64,000 nucleotides of DNA from Lingula anatina (taxonomy: Eukaryota > Animalia > Brachiopoda). Made by a program: the position numbers and the translations under genes. The stretch's first letter is position 1, and every line of letters starts with the position of its first letter. Location: contig CM120648.1 in the NCBI GenBank assembly GCA_051362555.1, positions 10,598,587-10,662,586 on the forward strand, given 5' to 3'. The notes beneath the pieces were generated by a model, which saw nothing but the letters and a program-made list of their open reading frames with translations, was not told the DNA's origin and did not search any database. Below, in pieces: positions 12,067 through 25,443 of this stretch.

Positions 12067-13411
12067 CTACCACCTGACTAACTTACATTGTACGTCATCT
12101 CAAAGGTCAACATCAAAATGATGTGTAGTCTAATTAATGCCCGAATTAAGTGACTTAGTAATCAGTGCTTAAATCTCTCAGAACAGCAATGTGGCACAGA
12201 ATTAGTGATCATGAATTATAGTACATACATGTACATGCACTCTCCACTGAATAGACTGAAAGCAACGTTAACGACAGACTGAAAGTTTGACAAGCTACCG
12301 CATAGTGACCTACATGTTGAACATGTAAATTTGAAATGCTTTATGTTCATATTGAACTCAGAATCCACATGCAATAACTGCACATGTACCCAAATCTTTG
12401 TCAAAGCATTGCCGCACCTGCCTTAACATTAATAAAATTGCACGAAATGTTCAAAATATGTCGCAAAACTATAGGCCTATCTTCGTCACATACATGTGTA
12501 GGATGTATTAAAGATTCAGCTAGGATGCCCGCAAGGATGTTTATATATGTCGTGCAGGCTAGTTTTTCAGAAATTTTGCAAATTGTTAACTATTTTAAAT
12601 GGTATGTTAACTCTGACCTACCTAATTCAGTTCTGGCTCGCATATGTCAATTAAAAAGTAAGTCGAATGCAGTAGGCCTAATAACCCAGTCGCTCTATTG
12701 AACATGATAGTATAGTGCGTGCCATCTAGGTCAGGTCACGAACAATCGTCGGGATTGGTCGAGGACAACGTTTGCGCTAGTCACGTGCAATTGTGTCTCA
12801 CATCAATTCATGAATGAAATTCACGGTTAGATTAAGCACTGTAGGCACCACGTACGTAATTGTTCGTTTGCTGATCCAAGCACATGAGCTTTGATTTCAA
12901 GGTAAAAAAAGACTCAATTACAGTGTACATTCACATACATTCCCATATTCCATTTGTCAATAAAAGAGAAAAATGAGTTTTTGTCTAAATTGATGTTTGA
13001 CGTCCTTTCCAGCCTCACCGATGTCGACCAATCACAGTACAGCAAATTTACTCCATTCATACTTTCACTCAACACTCAACAAGTTCAGTCTTTTATGCTA
13101 AGGGGCCCCAAAAATTTTTGTTGATTGGAGGGGAAACAGTACCCATTGGTACGGTTTAAAACGATTAATTGTAATTTCAAGAGGGGAATATATAGTGGTG
13201 ATATTTTTTCGGAAACCGAAGGGGGAGTCAGGATCCCCCTGACCCACCCTCTAAATAATAATAATAATAATAATAATTAAAATACGGTTCAAGTTCAAGC
13301 AATTATTAATTATTATTCTTTGCACTTAAAAAAACCCTAATTCATCAAAACATTCCGTGCCGTCAGCGTGTATAGCTATAAGTCGTACATTCCATTCGCT
13401 CTAGTTAAGAA

Positions 13412-13422
13412 GGGGAATCCCC
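13412..13422. promoter_or_regulatory. NF-kB/Rel site
   Basis: GGGGAATCCCC, just beside a relic intron/first-exon module. Confidence 0.45.
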
Positions 13423-13559
13423 TCTTGTTGACAAACGAACTGATTATCATTCTAGCATGAATTTCAGAAAAAAATAGATACCCGTCAATGTAAACTTGAA
13501 AATCTGACCGTCTTCCGGAAGACCCAGAAGACGGCCTAAATCCGCCCCTGAATATGATA

Positions 13560-13870
13560 TTATTTAAGGTTGTCCCACATCCACGTTGTATTAAGTATGC
13601 ACAATAACTGCATATGTAGCCAAGACGTCTTCGAAAGCCACATTTGCTTTAACATTGTTGCGAATTTATCGGCCAGTTTTGCAAACTTTCTTCTACAAAA
13701 GAATGCTCCCAGTAAACAGTAGGGCCCTATTTCCAAAATACGGTACCAGTATTTCCAAATATTCACAGTTAAATACTAGTTTGCAGATAACAATAAAAAG
13801 ATATGAAAACCTGACCTACCTTATTTAATTATATGTCTCCCAGATCAAAAGTGCAGCGATTACCACTATT
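13560..13870 (-). pseudogene. Orphan intron and first-exon module of the CARD-like family
   Basis: CAATAACTGCA...CTAGTT...CTGACCTACC matches 880-1170; no CDS follows. Confidence 0.5.
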
Positions 13871-16678
13871 TAATAACATGAAATCCGCTGGGGTGAATAG
13901 GCTGGTATGAATAGCATGCGACAAACGTACCTCTTATCGACCTCGGGCATGCCCATTGGATGAAATATTTGTTACTGACGACACAAGCTGCTGGCTTGGT
14001 GCCAGCATTAAAAAACTCCTGGGTGATTGAAATCATACAACATATACCATATGGGGCGGATTGAGGCCGTCTTCAGGGTCTTCTGGAAGACGTTCAGATT
14101 TTCACGTTTACACTGACGGATAGCTCTTTTTTTTGTGTCGAAAGACGGTCAAAAATGGAGGATGGATCAACAAAAATAATTTAGAAGACTGTCAGAAAAA
14201 TCTCTGGATCCGCTCTGTATAGTGTTTATTCCCAATTTTCACGGACACCATCAGAGGATCACAACTAGAGGAAGGCATGCTTATTCTGGATTACATTGAT
14301 TCAAGTTACTGTGAGTTTTTCTGGACTTTGTTCATCACTTTATTTAGGCCCTATTATTAATTACGACCTCATTATGTCAGATAGATCATGGAGATGACTG
14401 AAACGTCTCAGATCACTGGATAACATTCAGACTATCTCGGGAGAATTCCAAGATAACGGGTGTATTGGACAAAAAAAAAAAAAAAAAAAAAAAAACGGTC
14501 AATGTAACAGTGGCTACTTTCTTTTCAGTTGTGATGACTCTGGGTGTATCATGGGGTGGAATAACACAGCAAAATTTGGGCTTCAGTATTTTTGTTCATG
14601 TCTACAGAAACAAAACCTAAAATGATAGGTTAAAATACACTCTAAATGTTTGCACAACTAGGCCTAATCAGCTAATTATTTTCAAGGTCTTCTGATATTA
14701 TACCCATATATGTCAGTGAAATGCTATAAACATACGTGTAAAGTAATGTATTACTCAGAGAATTTGCAGTGTATAAATGAACATTGTTAGATGTCTGATC
14801 ATGGGTACAATCCCAGTGACATTTCATAATCATTGTGCATGTCGTATTTAGACTACTTTAGTCAGTATATATAAAGTGTATATATGTAAAAGGCAGTAAA
14901 GTTTGTGTTTATGCAAAATCTTTTTTGTTGTTATAAAGAAAATATGTTGGTCGAGGCAAGTGATTGTGCTCTGTTATAATAGGTTTTGTGATACACTTAG
15001 AAAGAAGTTCCTTGTAGAAAAAGTGTGAAGGAATTCGTTTCTATTCTAAAATTCTCAGTCCTTTATTCAAAATGCATCATACATATACATACCAGTAGCA
15101 AGGATGTGGTGAAATGCAAAAGTTACTGATTTAACCAGAAATAACATTAGAGTCCGGTGTCACAAGCATATACGGTAAAAATAATAATATTTAGTTTGCC
15201 ATGTTCACGTTCTATTCAGTAGGTACAATAAATGCGCTGACGCATATTAAAAAACAGGAGAAAGATTAAAGAAAAGTTTTTTAATCTGTGCACTAAATAT
15301 TAAAAGAGCATGCCTGTGATCTCATTTGCACCTCATTGGGTTTGGGTGACAACAAGAGATGTATTTGAGAGTCTAGCTGCTGCGGGTGCCTGATTGTACT
15401 GCAGTTAAGTTGTAAATTTTCATCGATATGGGTGACATTACACTGTAAAAACACAGTTTAGCATTTAAATACATACAACACACGTTAGGCACCTACACGC
15501 ATTTAGAAATATGTGTAAAAGCTAAACACGTATAGCTTTTCAAGCGTTTCACAGAAGAAAGAGCTAGACACGTTGGCAGTGTTACACGTTTAGCTATGTT
15601 TTTAGCTTCACCGGCATATGATTCTATAACATGTCTATCACAAGCTAAGCACATTGGCTAAGCACTTCCCATGCTAAGCGCGTGAGGCTGCTAAACATAT
15701 GGAGCTGCTATAGGTGTGGGACTTCTAAACGCGTGGAGCTGCTGAACAACATGTTTAGCTTTTCAAGCTTGTCACAGGAAAAAAAACTACACAATCCCAT
15801 GTATTGTATACGATCCCATAACAAGTTTATTACAAGACTCAACAATTTGTCTTAACACTTCCCCTTGTAGACATATGGAGCTGTTGGAGGCGTGGAGCAG
15901 CCTGCTCGAACGCGTTGTGTCCTTCCTTGCAGTAACGTGTGATTATTTAAAATTGGCCTATTAAGTAATAATCCAAGTAAGAAATTCACGACGTTATCAG
16001 CTGGTTACATGATGGTGATGGTATAGAATAACGTTATGGTAACGTTATGGGTGTTTTTAACTCCATGCAAAATGATGCCCCTGCGGTTTTATAAGCTTTT
16101 TATAACATTCTGGATAAACATTATTTAATGTTTTGAAAACCTTTTTTAAAAATAACCAAAACACGTCTTATACTGTACTAAGATCTAATATATCCGTTTA
16201 TTAGATCTTAGTGCTGTATGGACTACAGTTAGCGGCTAATTCCAAATTGAGCGTGGGGTTAGTAGGCGACTAGAGCGGTGCGGTTTGTTAAATATTAGGA
16301 CTATCGTTACCAAAATAACCAGCATGCGATGAAAGCTTAAATAAACCAATATAGTGAATACCCCACCACCATCCTGACGTTCTATTGTTCATTAGTTCCG
16401 GAAAAATAAATAGACACCATGGAATACCGTAACGCATTTTATCAAAATATGAAAACAACGTTTTTAAGTAAAAATGATAGCTGTTTTGTGTCTTTAGTGA
16501 ATTTGTGAATTTTCCTAACTTGATTTTCAGAAATATATTCCAATAAACTTCCTCGCAAGGTCAGCTAACACAAGGATGAATAAGTCCCGCTGTAACCATT
16601 CTGGTTTGAAGTCAACGATGTTGACAGTTCACGGTACCCTGTTATAGATAGAGATAGCTATAGCAGTTAAAGGCGACT

Positions 16679-16713
<35 letters not shown>

Positions 16714-17606
16714 CGCTTGTGTGACTAAAACAGTTGAAACCCTTACAACCTAAAAGTTAAGCAAATACACCCTACATTTAATAGGCGTCAAACACGTCAA
16801 AAATAGCCCTAATTGTTTTCTGCAATCACTAAACACTTAATCTTTAATAATTAGAAAGTATGAATATGACGGCACATTTTGCTGAATGCATTGTAACGCC
16901 AAAGAAAAGAGAAAAGAAGAGAAAAGTGATATATCGGAAAATTTTTAGTCCGACCCGGGAGATTGAGATATGTACATATACGATAGGCAGTGTTGACAGG
17001 TCTATATTAACTCACTTAAATCAGTTAAGTTTGGTCCTAAACGGTTATCTCTGACTCAACAAGCTTAGTTTCTGTGTTTCGAAGAGCTCAGCTGAAGCAG
17101 ATAAATTTAAATTATTATTTTAGATGGTGTGTTCACTTTTCACTTTCGGCGTAATGTTCATGTAGGACCATAGGGCAGAACACACCAATAGCATATCCCT
17201 GAAAAAGTGTATGAAAAAAATGATGCGGTGAAGCATTTTCTATCCCTATGGACACCAGACACACTGAATCAAAGACTGTAAATGTAAAAAAAAAATACAT
17301 TTACTTACCGTCATCATTCCAACCCGTGTGCACCTCTCGATCAGTTTAGTGAGGGGCCCACTGTGGGGATACTGATCACAGTTCACATGAGAAAATCAAT
17401 TCACAAATCCCAGTGAATAAAACTTCATTTATATCTCACTGATAATGCAAGTCGAAAACTTTGAAAATCACGAACCCCTGGGTATGATGACTTTCTTTCA
17501 CGAAGGGCGAAGAATAGAAAAGCTGCACGGAAATGCCCCCCCCCCCTCTTCGATTTCTGGTCCCCTCTTGAAATTAGAATTTTGACCAGCTGAATCATAG
17601 TTCTAA

Positions 17607-17829
17607 TATCCCCTTTACACTGGACGGCGTCCTTTCTGCGTCCTTTCTGCGACCATGAAATTTGGCATCGCTGTGGTCTTAAGAAGGAGACACGAGCATT
17701 GATTTTGTGTCAGAATGAATGCCCAATGAACGGCCAGTTGTCGGCACGTAAAATATAATGATTTTTTAACTCTCAAATGGGTCCGTAATGCTGGACGCAG
17801 AAAGGACGCCGTCCAGTGTAAAGGGGCCC
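17607..17829. mobile_element. Tourist/Harbinger-like MITE nested in another MITE
   Basis: Long TIR CCCCTTTACACTGGACGGCGTCCTTTCTGCGTCC with TAA on both sides. The flanks rejoin into the repeat also seen at about 57260-57330. Confidence 0.75.
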
Positions 17830-17915
17830 TAAACCGTACCAAATGGCACCGTTTGCCCTCTTAAATACCAAAAATTTTCGGGACCTATTAGCGGGCTCCA
17901 AATCCCACGCCAAGT

Positions 17916-17952
<37 letters not shown>

Positions 17953-18014
17953 AGGGTCCTCGGATACCCCTTCAAATACTACTAATATTATTATTAAGGG
18001 ACGTAAAGAAGTGC

Positions 18015-18305
18015 AAAAGTAAGCCGATAAATAATAATTCCACGCAGTGACTTAAAAAACTCGCACAAGAAAGACTGCTTGTTGTCGAGGAATGTGCTCA
18101 CTGCAATCACAGCAGCAGAACACTGTGCTTACCCGTCCCCCGAGAAATGTGATCGCTGTGTAATCTTATTGACGTTCTTTTTATTCCATAATGCGCCGGT
18201 ACTTTCATTCATCAACCAGTTTGCCAGGTAGTTTATTGACCTGGTTTGTAACCGAGGACATCCCCCCCTCGTTAGTCAATAAAAGCACGTGTGTGATATT
18301 GACGA
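18015..18305 (+). pseudogene. Conserved coding-like module, copy 2 of 3
   Basis: Paralogous to 5205-5510. Confidence 0.35.
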
Positions 18306-18475
18306 TAGAGAACTTTCACATCTGTATGTTTAGGCGTACGACTACGTTTAGGTCATCATATTTTGCTGTCTAGTGTCGTGTAGGCCTATATATAGAGAGA
18401 ACGTTTTCCGCAGCTAGAACCTTTCCGCAGTCAGAACTTTTCTGCATACAGAACTGACCTTCCGCATGTGTGACT

Positions 18476-18633
18476 CAGGGCCGTAGCCTCCGGGGGGCAG
18501 GGGGGGGGGGGGCAGCTGCCCTCCCTGGAATTTGGAATTTTACACACCACACCCACCCCCCTCGGTAGCTTCGCCCCCTCGTGTCCGCTTACTGCCCCCC
18601 CCCCCCTGGCATTTTGCTCAGGCTACGACCCTG
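18476..18633. mobile_element. hAT-like MITE with 5-bp target duplication
   Basis: CAGGGGCCGTAGCCT...AGGCTACGACCCTG flanked by TGACT on both sides. Confidence 0.6.
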
Positions 18634-18706
18634 TGACTGATTGTATAATAAGACTGTTAGGTGGTCATCATCTTGTGAGCAGTTGTTGCGAGTACACATG
18701 CTGTAA

Positions 18707-18932
18707 AGCCCCCTTTACACTGGACGGCGTCCTTTCTGCGTCCCTTTCTGCGTACGGTCCTGTATGAGGGTCGAAAACAATAATACCTTTGCGTGCCGAA
18801 AACTGGCCTATCATTGAGCATTCACTTGCACCCAAAGCGGTGGATGTGCCTTCTTTTTTACGACCACAGAGATACCAGGTTCCCGGTCGCACAAAGGACG
18901 CAGAAAGGACGCCGTCCAATGTAAAGGGGGTT
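18707..18932. mobile_element. Tourist/Harbinger-like MITE, second copy
   Basis: Same TIR as 17607-17829 with a different interior. Confidence 0.7.
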
Positions 18933-20189
18933 TTAGTGGTCTATAGACTAGCCGTCTGCACTTGACACATAGCAAGCAGGATATCCGCAAGGTAAGTGCC
19001 GTTTAGTAAGGTACTGCTAGAAGCTCGATTTTCTCCATTAGTTGATAGGAGACAAGTCTCCTAGACTTTTAATGCAAATGTTATGAAGCCTTGTTTCGAA
19101 AGTCACATGGCGTCCTGTATTGTGAATTTGAACGAATGTGTGCTCTGAAATTTTGGGATGAGAAATAGGCCTGCGGGCATCAGCTGCATGGCCGCCTGCA
19201 TTTATTAAAATCTAAAAGATTTGTATCTGTAGCTCGTTTAGAATGCCGATCGAACCTACATCTACAAGCAAATTACCCACATGTTCCAACCAAAAAACAG
19301 TGCCTATTCTTCCCTGCTCTTGAAGTTCTTCTTCTACGTGAAGTAGTAGCAGCGCAACCCTCGTCAAAAGCCACTTGGGACATTTGTGCATACAAATGTC
19401 AAAAAAGCATTGAAGAACGCGAAACCTGATAGCTTCGTCACTCTCCGAGTTTGTAAGGATTACACTCTAAATATGTGTGTTTTTAGATACAACACTTTTT
19501 AAAACACTTCTTTGTAACAGATTTTTCTGCTTACCGACCCTCATGACATACTTCGGGCGATGGGAAAATAAATTTGTGTTAAAAACATTTAGGGTGCAAC
19601 CAGAGGTTGCACGTTAGCACAGAGAGGTTTCGGATACAAATATTTCTTCCTTGATATTGGACTTTAAACAGTCTGTATGCACAAGCGATGTTTTAATGTT
19701 CCAAAAATTATCAGTTTTTTAATGAAAAGGCAATATTCAAAAAGAGATGATTTTGCCGTTCAAAAAATTAAACGTTTAAATTGTTATCAATTCTAAAGTC
19801 TATTAAAATATTCAAATTTCCACTTTTCAGTTCGTTTTTTTAATCAATAAAAATAAGTATATTATAATCAAGTATATAAAATTTTATTTCAATCGTCTAA
19901 ATCTCATGTTCTATTAATATTAATAGCTTTTTTTTACTATAATTGTAAAAGTTCGACATTTTATTGCAGTTCCCAATATATTATTGTTATCATCTTTGTA
20001 TATATCTACATGTATAACGTTTTCTTCATATACGTAGGGCCTTCATATTTTCTTTCGTATCGTCGGAGTCGCGAACGTTGCGGGAATCGAAGACAATAAG
20101 TGATTAATAAAATGAATAATATATTTAACGTAACAAAAATAACAACACAAAGATCGATTAAAACAATTTTAAACCACAGAGGGCTAATA

Positions 20190-20580
20190 ACGAGGACTGC
20201 CGATCGTCGAAGGCCGCTGAGAAGAAGACTTTTCCTGATGAAACTGCTGTCGTAGAAAAGCAGTGGGAAGACCGCTGTCGTCGAGGGTCGCTTAGAAAAC
20301 CGGTGATCATCGAGGGTCGCTGAGAAGACCGCTGTCGTCGACGGGCGCTGAAAGAAAGAGAGAACTACTGCTGATACGACCGCTGCCGCCATTGCCCGCT
20401 GAAAGAAGACTTTTGCTGATGAAACTGTTGTCGTCGAAGGCCAGTTGGAAGACCGCTAACGTCGAGGGTTGCTGAGCTGTCCGCTGCTGACGAAGGCCGG
20501 TGAGTGCAGGTTGTTGCTGCTGGTGCTGAGAGGGAGAGAGAGAGCGCAGGTGCTGTAACTGTCGCCGTTGTCGGAGAGCG
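20190..20580. repeat. GC-rich degenerate tandem repeat
   Basis: GAAGACCGCTGTCGTCGAGGGTCGCT-like subunits of about 30 bp, with a higher-order recurrence near 20222 and 20403. Confidence 0.6.
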
Positions 20581-20952
20581 AGACAATGCAGGTAGATTGA
20601 AAGAAAAAGACCAGCTTATATACAACCTGGGATAAAGGGAAAACTGCCGAACTTTGGAAGGGATTCTTCCCAAAATATTATAGTGCACAGCAATCTCCCC
20701 ACGGGTTGATCGACTTCACGTTTTTCATTAAATTAATAAATCCTAATATTTGTTATATAAACAAGGCATAAATATAAGAAACATTGGCCCCATTTTCTTG
20801 ATTAAGAAAATATAAACTCAGTTGTCAAACAAGTATATAGGAATGTTAAGGGCCAAATATATCCACTGTAACAAGTTTTCTAGCTCTTATCACTCATAAT
20901 ATACACTGCTTCAGTGTTATAAATTAACAATAGCACAGTTTTTCAAAATCTT

Positions 20953-21003
20953 TTACATCTCGATGCATTCCACAGAAGCCGAGGATCGACAATTCCAAAC
21001 TCG
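20953..21003 (-). pseudogene. C-terminal fragment of a CARD-like copy with duplicated 3' flank
   Basis: Reads EFGIVDPRL/SVECIEM-stop with one frameshift. 20590-21003 duplicates about 21010-21400. Confidence 0.75.
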
Positions 21004-21351
21004 GAACAGTGCAAGTAGATTGAGAGAAAGAGATCAGCGTATATACAGTACAACCTGGGACAAAGGGAAAACTGCTGGACTTTGTAATAGGTTCTTCGCA
21101 AAATATAATAGTTCACAGCAATATCCCCACGGGTTGATCGACTTCACGTTTTTCATTAAGTTAATTACAGCTTGAAATTCTAATCTTTGTTATATAGACA
21201 AGGCATAAATATAAAAAAAAACATTGGTCCCATGTTCATAGGAGTGTTAACGGTCAAATACATCACCTGTAACAATTTTAACCTTTAATCACTGACAAAT
21301 TACACTGCGTCAGTGTAATAAATTAACAATAACACATTTTTTCAAAATCCT

Positions 21352-21720
21352 TTACTTCTCGGTACATTCCACGGACATCCGAGGATCGACGATTCCAAAC
21401 TCTGTCACCACAGCCAGGAACGGCGATACTTTGCGCAGGGCTCGGAGGAAGTCTTTATACGCAATGCGACTCAGTCCCATCGGCTGAGTATCCAAGAAAG
21501 CAAGGACGTACAGCAGTATAACAGTCATTTTAAGTTTGGGGTCAGTGATGAAAATTATCCTACAACGTTGTTCCTCGGTCAATATGAAATATCCACGAAG
21601 ATGATTAGCGAATGTTTGGATCTTGTTCAAGTCAGTGAGACTGGTTATTAATGTTAAGAACATTTTCAGGATCCTCCGTTGTTCTCTGGAGATGGTGCCC
21701 CTGATATTTGGCATAGCCAT
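21352..21720 (-). CDS. CARD-like single-domain protein, copy 4, 122 aa, intact
   Basis: Intact ORF of identical length to copy 2; conserved acceptor TTTATTGCAG at 21756. Confidence 0.8.
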   Translation of the reverse strand: MAMPNIRGTISREQRRILKMFLTLITSLTDLNKIQTFANHLRGYFILTEEQRCRIIFITDPKLKMTVILLYVLAFLDTQPMGLSRIAYKDFLRALRKVSPFLAVVTEFGIVDPRMSVECTEK

Positions 21721-21766
21721 TCTCAGCTATTGGATTGACTGTATGTGGATCTTAACTGCAATAAAT

Positions 21767-21811
<45 letters not shown>

Positions 21812-21939
21812 GATCCTGCTAAATAAAATTGAAATAATACATATGCCTGCAAAATGGTTTGTTGTAGCATTATCTACCCCCATGGACAGCAGACAAACAT
21901 ACCGTGACCAATCACATTCTCTCTCTGTCATCAAATCAA

Positions 21940-24622
21940 CATGTGCACCCCTCGATCAAGTTAGTAAACAAGCCGGACACCGCTTACCTTCAGTAGCCCC
22001 CTGCGCCAGAGGTCGCACACTGCACCTTGATTGGTCGCATCAAATTGAAATCTCAGAAAAAAATCATTTTTTTCTCAGCACTATATTTCCGCTGCCAGTG
22101 ACGCTATACGCTATATGTCACTTTTATTTAACCCCTGAAGAGCTCAGTTTACGTCACACGTGGAGTGAGTTCCTGAAATAGATGTCCAAAAAGAAAGTGG
22201 GTTTAGCATTTTGACTTCTCTGATAGAGGTACATGTTAATATACACAAATTTGGTCGTCTGTATTGAGTATATCTGTAAACTAATACCAATTACAATTGT
22301 TTGATGCTCATTTAGGTATTTAGCTCAAAGATAAGGCCGTCATAGGGCTTTTCTAGCGTCAGTAGCGACTTGATGTAAGTGTAAGTTGTGTAAGTTTTAA
22401 AACGCCACATTTGCCGTCTTCTCTAGCACAATATATATGCGACGCTCAATTAAATTACAGAGTATCTGATATATCATATGACGTTTTTTAATTTTACCCG
22501 AAAAGATATGAATATTATTTACTGCATATCTCGCTCAGTAATATTATTATTTTAATTTATTTTCAATTAGAGTCTTTCCAAATAATTCGATTTCCTGAAA
22601 AATTCAAATATTTTAATCAAACAGTCAATGTTACTTATTGTGTCAACTGTGAAAAAGCTATTATAAAATTATGCCTTTGGATGATGATTTTTATATCTTA
22701 TTTAAGCGTATTGGTTGACTCTTAATCAATTAATTACTAATTACTTACAAATTGAATTATTACTATTGAATTTAATTAACATATTTTAAAATGCGTTATT
22801 TTATTTTAGTTCGTTTCATTTTATCATTTTCTTAAACTAATTTATATTTATTTTGTATAATATTGCATTTCATTCATTTATGTATGTACTTATTTGAAGG
22901 TGGGGGTCCACGGATGCAAAGCCGACACTTGGCGAGGGGTCTGGGTCCGATGAAGGGCCCAGATGTATATTTAAGAGGGAGACAGTGCCGTTTAAAACGA
23001 TCTAGAACTATGCTCCAGCTGGTCAAAATTCTAATTCCTCGGGAACCATTGGTGTCATTTATCTATTTGGTATATCTTTCGATTTTTCTATCTTACGCTT
23101 CTGATATTTATTCTGGTCTAATCTATGCTTTCTAATTTTTTATTGATCTATGACATTTTAATCAAACTGTGTGTAATTTTTTTTCGCATCTGTCCATTTT
23201 TAAATATTTGTGTTATCATCTCTTGGCACTAAAAGCCTTCATTCATTCTCTCGTAGTTCAAGCATAAAGAGCTCAGGAAATAACGGTCTATGTGTTTATT
23301 TGTCAGCGACGGTCAACTTTAACGATTTTCAAGAAAAAATGTCTTCACTAAGATGATCATATTTAACAAATCCCTCACATTAAAGGAAGCACATATGGGC
23401 ATATTTATTCACACACATCTGATATTCTAAGCCACTGACAGTGACTTTTTTACATTTATTTACTTTTTCTCCTTAACTAACTTCGCAACACAAACAACTA
23501 ATCTGTTGTATGGTATAAAGCAATGTGTTTTGTTTTTATTCTTTCGTTTTGATTTCTTCCTGTCTCAATCTGCGGAAAAATTAACGCATAGAGAATATTC
23601 TTCATGCAATTCTGTTCCCTCCATTGTTCGCCCAAGCACTCCCTAAACTTAAATTTGCCTTTTCACTTGTGCTAAATTAAGTTTGATTGAATATTTCTGT
23701 CACATCCTCTGACAAATTATTAGCCAACGCAACGCATATGCTTTAGATCTTCCATCTTACTTTGGTGACGATATCATCTCTCATCATCGATCTCAATGAT
23801 TTTTTAACGAGAGGTTGCAGATAAATTTCCTTTGCTTCCTAATTTTCCCTTATTCAGGTTGTTGCAATCGTTATCACTGCGAGGTGATCTCAAGTCTAAT
23901 CTTTTTAAACGTCGCCATATTATTGATTTCATTTATCTTCATTACACATATTACTTATTAAGTATAAATATCTTTCGATGAAATGCAAGCACGGGCTTGA
24001 AGCCCACGCTGAAAGGAGAGAGGATTATTTATCAAATAAATCTCCAACACCCAAGGCAGAGCAAACCTACCCTCCACCAGGGCTACAGAGTGATTTTTCA
24101 CAGATATTCACAGATATGTCTTTTTTCCGTTTTTCCCTCCATAATCTGCCATCCTGGTAGAGGGTAGAGCAAACCCAGGTTTTCTAGAAATAGAAAAGCA
24201 AATGTCTTTCAGAAATAACAAAAAAGTAATTTATCCTTGTTGAAGACTAAACGTTTCAAATCGTTATCCACCCCATACTATTAAAAATAATCGTGAATTT
24301 TTAGATTTTCAGTTTCAGTTGTTATAAATTATTATTTCAATCATTTAGATCGCATATATTTTAATATTAAATATTTTAGCACTATAAATGTTAACATGTG
24401 CACATCAAACAGTTGTCATTGGCATTTGATACCCTCTACCAGTGCGGCAGATTTCACGAGGCATTCACAAATATGTATAATACTGAGAAAAAGTGTTTTT
24501 ATTTTCTGACATCTTAATTTGTTGCGGTTAAGTACGGTGCAGTGTGCCACCTCTGGCGCAGGGAGCTACTGAAGGTGAGCGGTGCTACGTTTGTTTACGA
24601 AGTTGATCGAGGGGTGCACATG
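21940..24622. repeat. 87-bp inverted repeat pair (21940-22026 and 24536-24622)
   Basis: CATGTGCACCCCTCGATCAA...CCTTCAGTAGC.CCCTGCGCCAGAGGT.GCACACTGCACC and its reverse complement. Confidence 0.8.
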
Positions 24623-24677
24623 GTGGATTAATCACTTTTTGTCCGATACAATGTATTTTAAAATGAAGGCAGTCTCT

Positions 24678-24962
24678 TCACTTTTGAGCTGTGAGGCAAA
24701 ACTTAATGAGGTAGGCCAGTACTACATACAGTAAATGTTTAATGTTGTCTGCAGAATAGTGGTCACTATGAGAATATACGGAAATGTGCTCACAAGGTAC
24801 ACATATAATGTATACTGGTAGTGTACGTATTTGGTGTACGAAAGTTTGCGAAATTGCCCGAAAGATAACATTTTCAACGATGGTCAGGCAAGTACCACTG
24901 GGCGCTGACAGCGTATCAGAGCAGTTATTATGCATAGTGAATAGAACGTAAATATGTGACAT
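24678..24962 (-). pseudogene. Possible US22/SUKH-like short ORF (94 aa)
   Basis: TLSAPSGTCLTI..VIFRAI..LPVYIICVPCEHISVY..SADNIKHLL follows the US22 motif order. Pattern resemblance only. Confidence 0.25.
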
Positions 24963-25115
24963 TTAATAATATTAAATACTTTTTGTACCGTGTATGGTTG
25001 TGACACCGGGTTCTATTTTTAGTTCGGGCAAGGGGCAGAGGGAATTAAGTTAGGGGTTCCCCTTTTTCTGTTCAGCAAACAAAAGGCAGGGATACTTATT
25101 TGTAGCTGCATGTAT

Positions 25116-25281
25116 CAGGTTCTTAGCCAGCATTTCAAAAGGGGGGTTCGTTTTCTGAAAAAGTGGACCTTTTCTCATAAAAAACTTCACGTACCTAAAT
25201 CAAATTTTACCCAGAGAGGACCTTTTTCCCAGCAAAAGGGGTGGTTCTTTCGAAACCCCGAACACCCTGGCTACGGGCCTG
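25116..25281. mobile_element. hAT-like MITE
   Basis: Inverted relative of 58318-58485; flanks ATGTAT/CTGTAT (5 of 6 match). Confidence 0.6.
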
Positions 25282-25407
25282 CTGTATGCTATTTTACGTG
25301 CCCCGTGACATCAACGGCACATAGCAATTTTGATAAATATAGGTATTTTTTTTCCTGATTACATAAAATTATAATAGTTTCACTTTACTTCAACTTAGAT
25401 AGTATTT

Positions 25408-25443
<36 letters not shown>

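Noticed and set aside
17915-17951. Long poly-G run as a functional G-quadruplex
   Set aside because: It lies inside a MITE whose relatives also carry G/C runs, and homopolymer length is unreliable.
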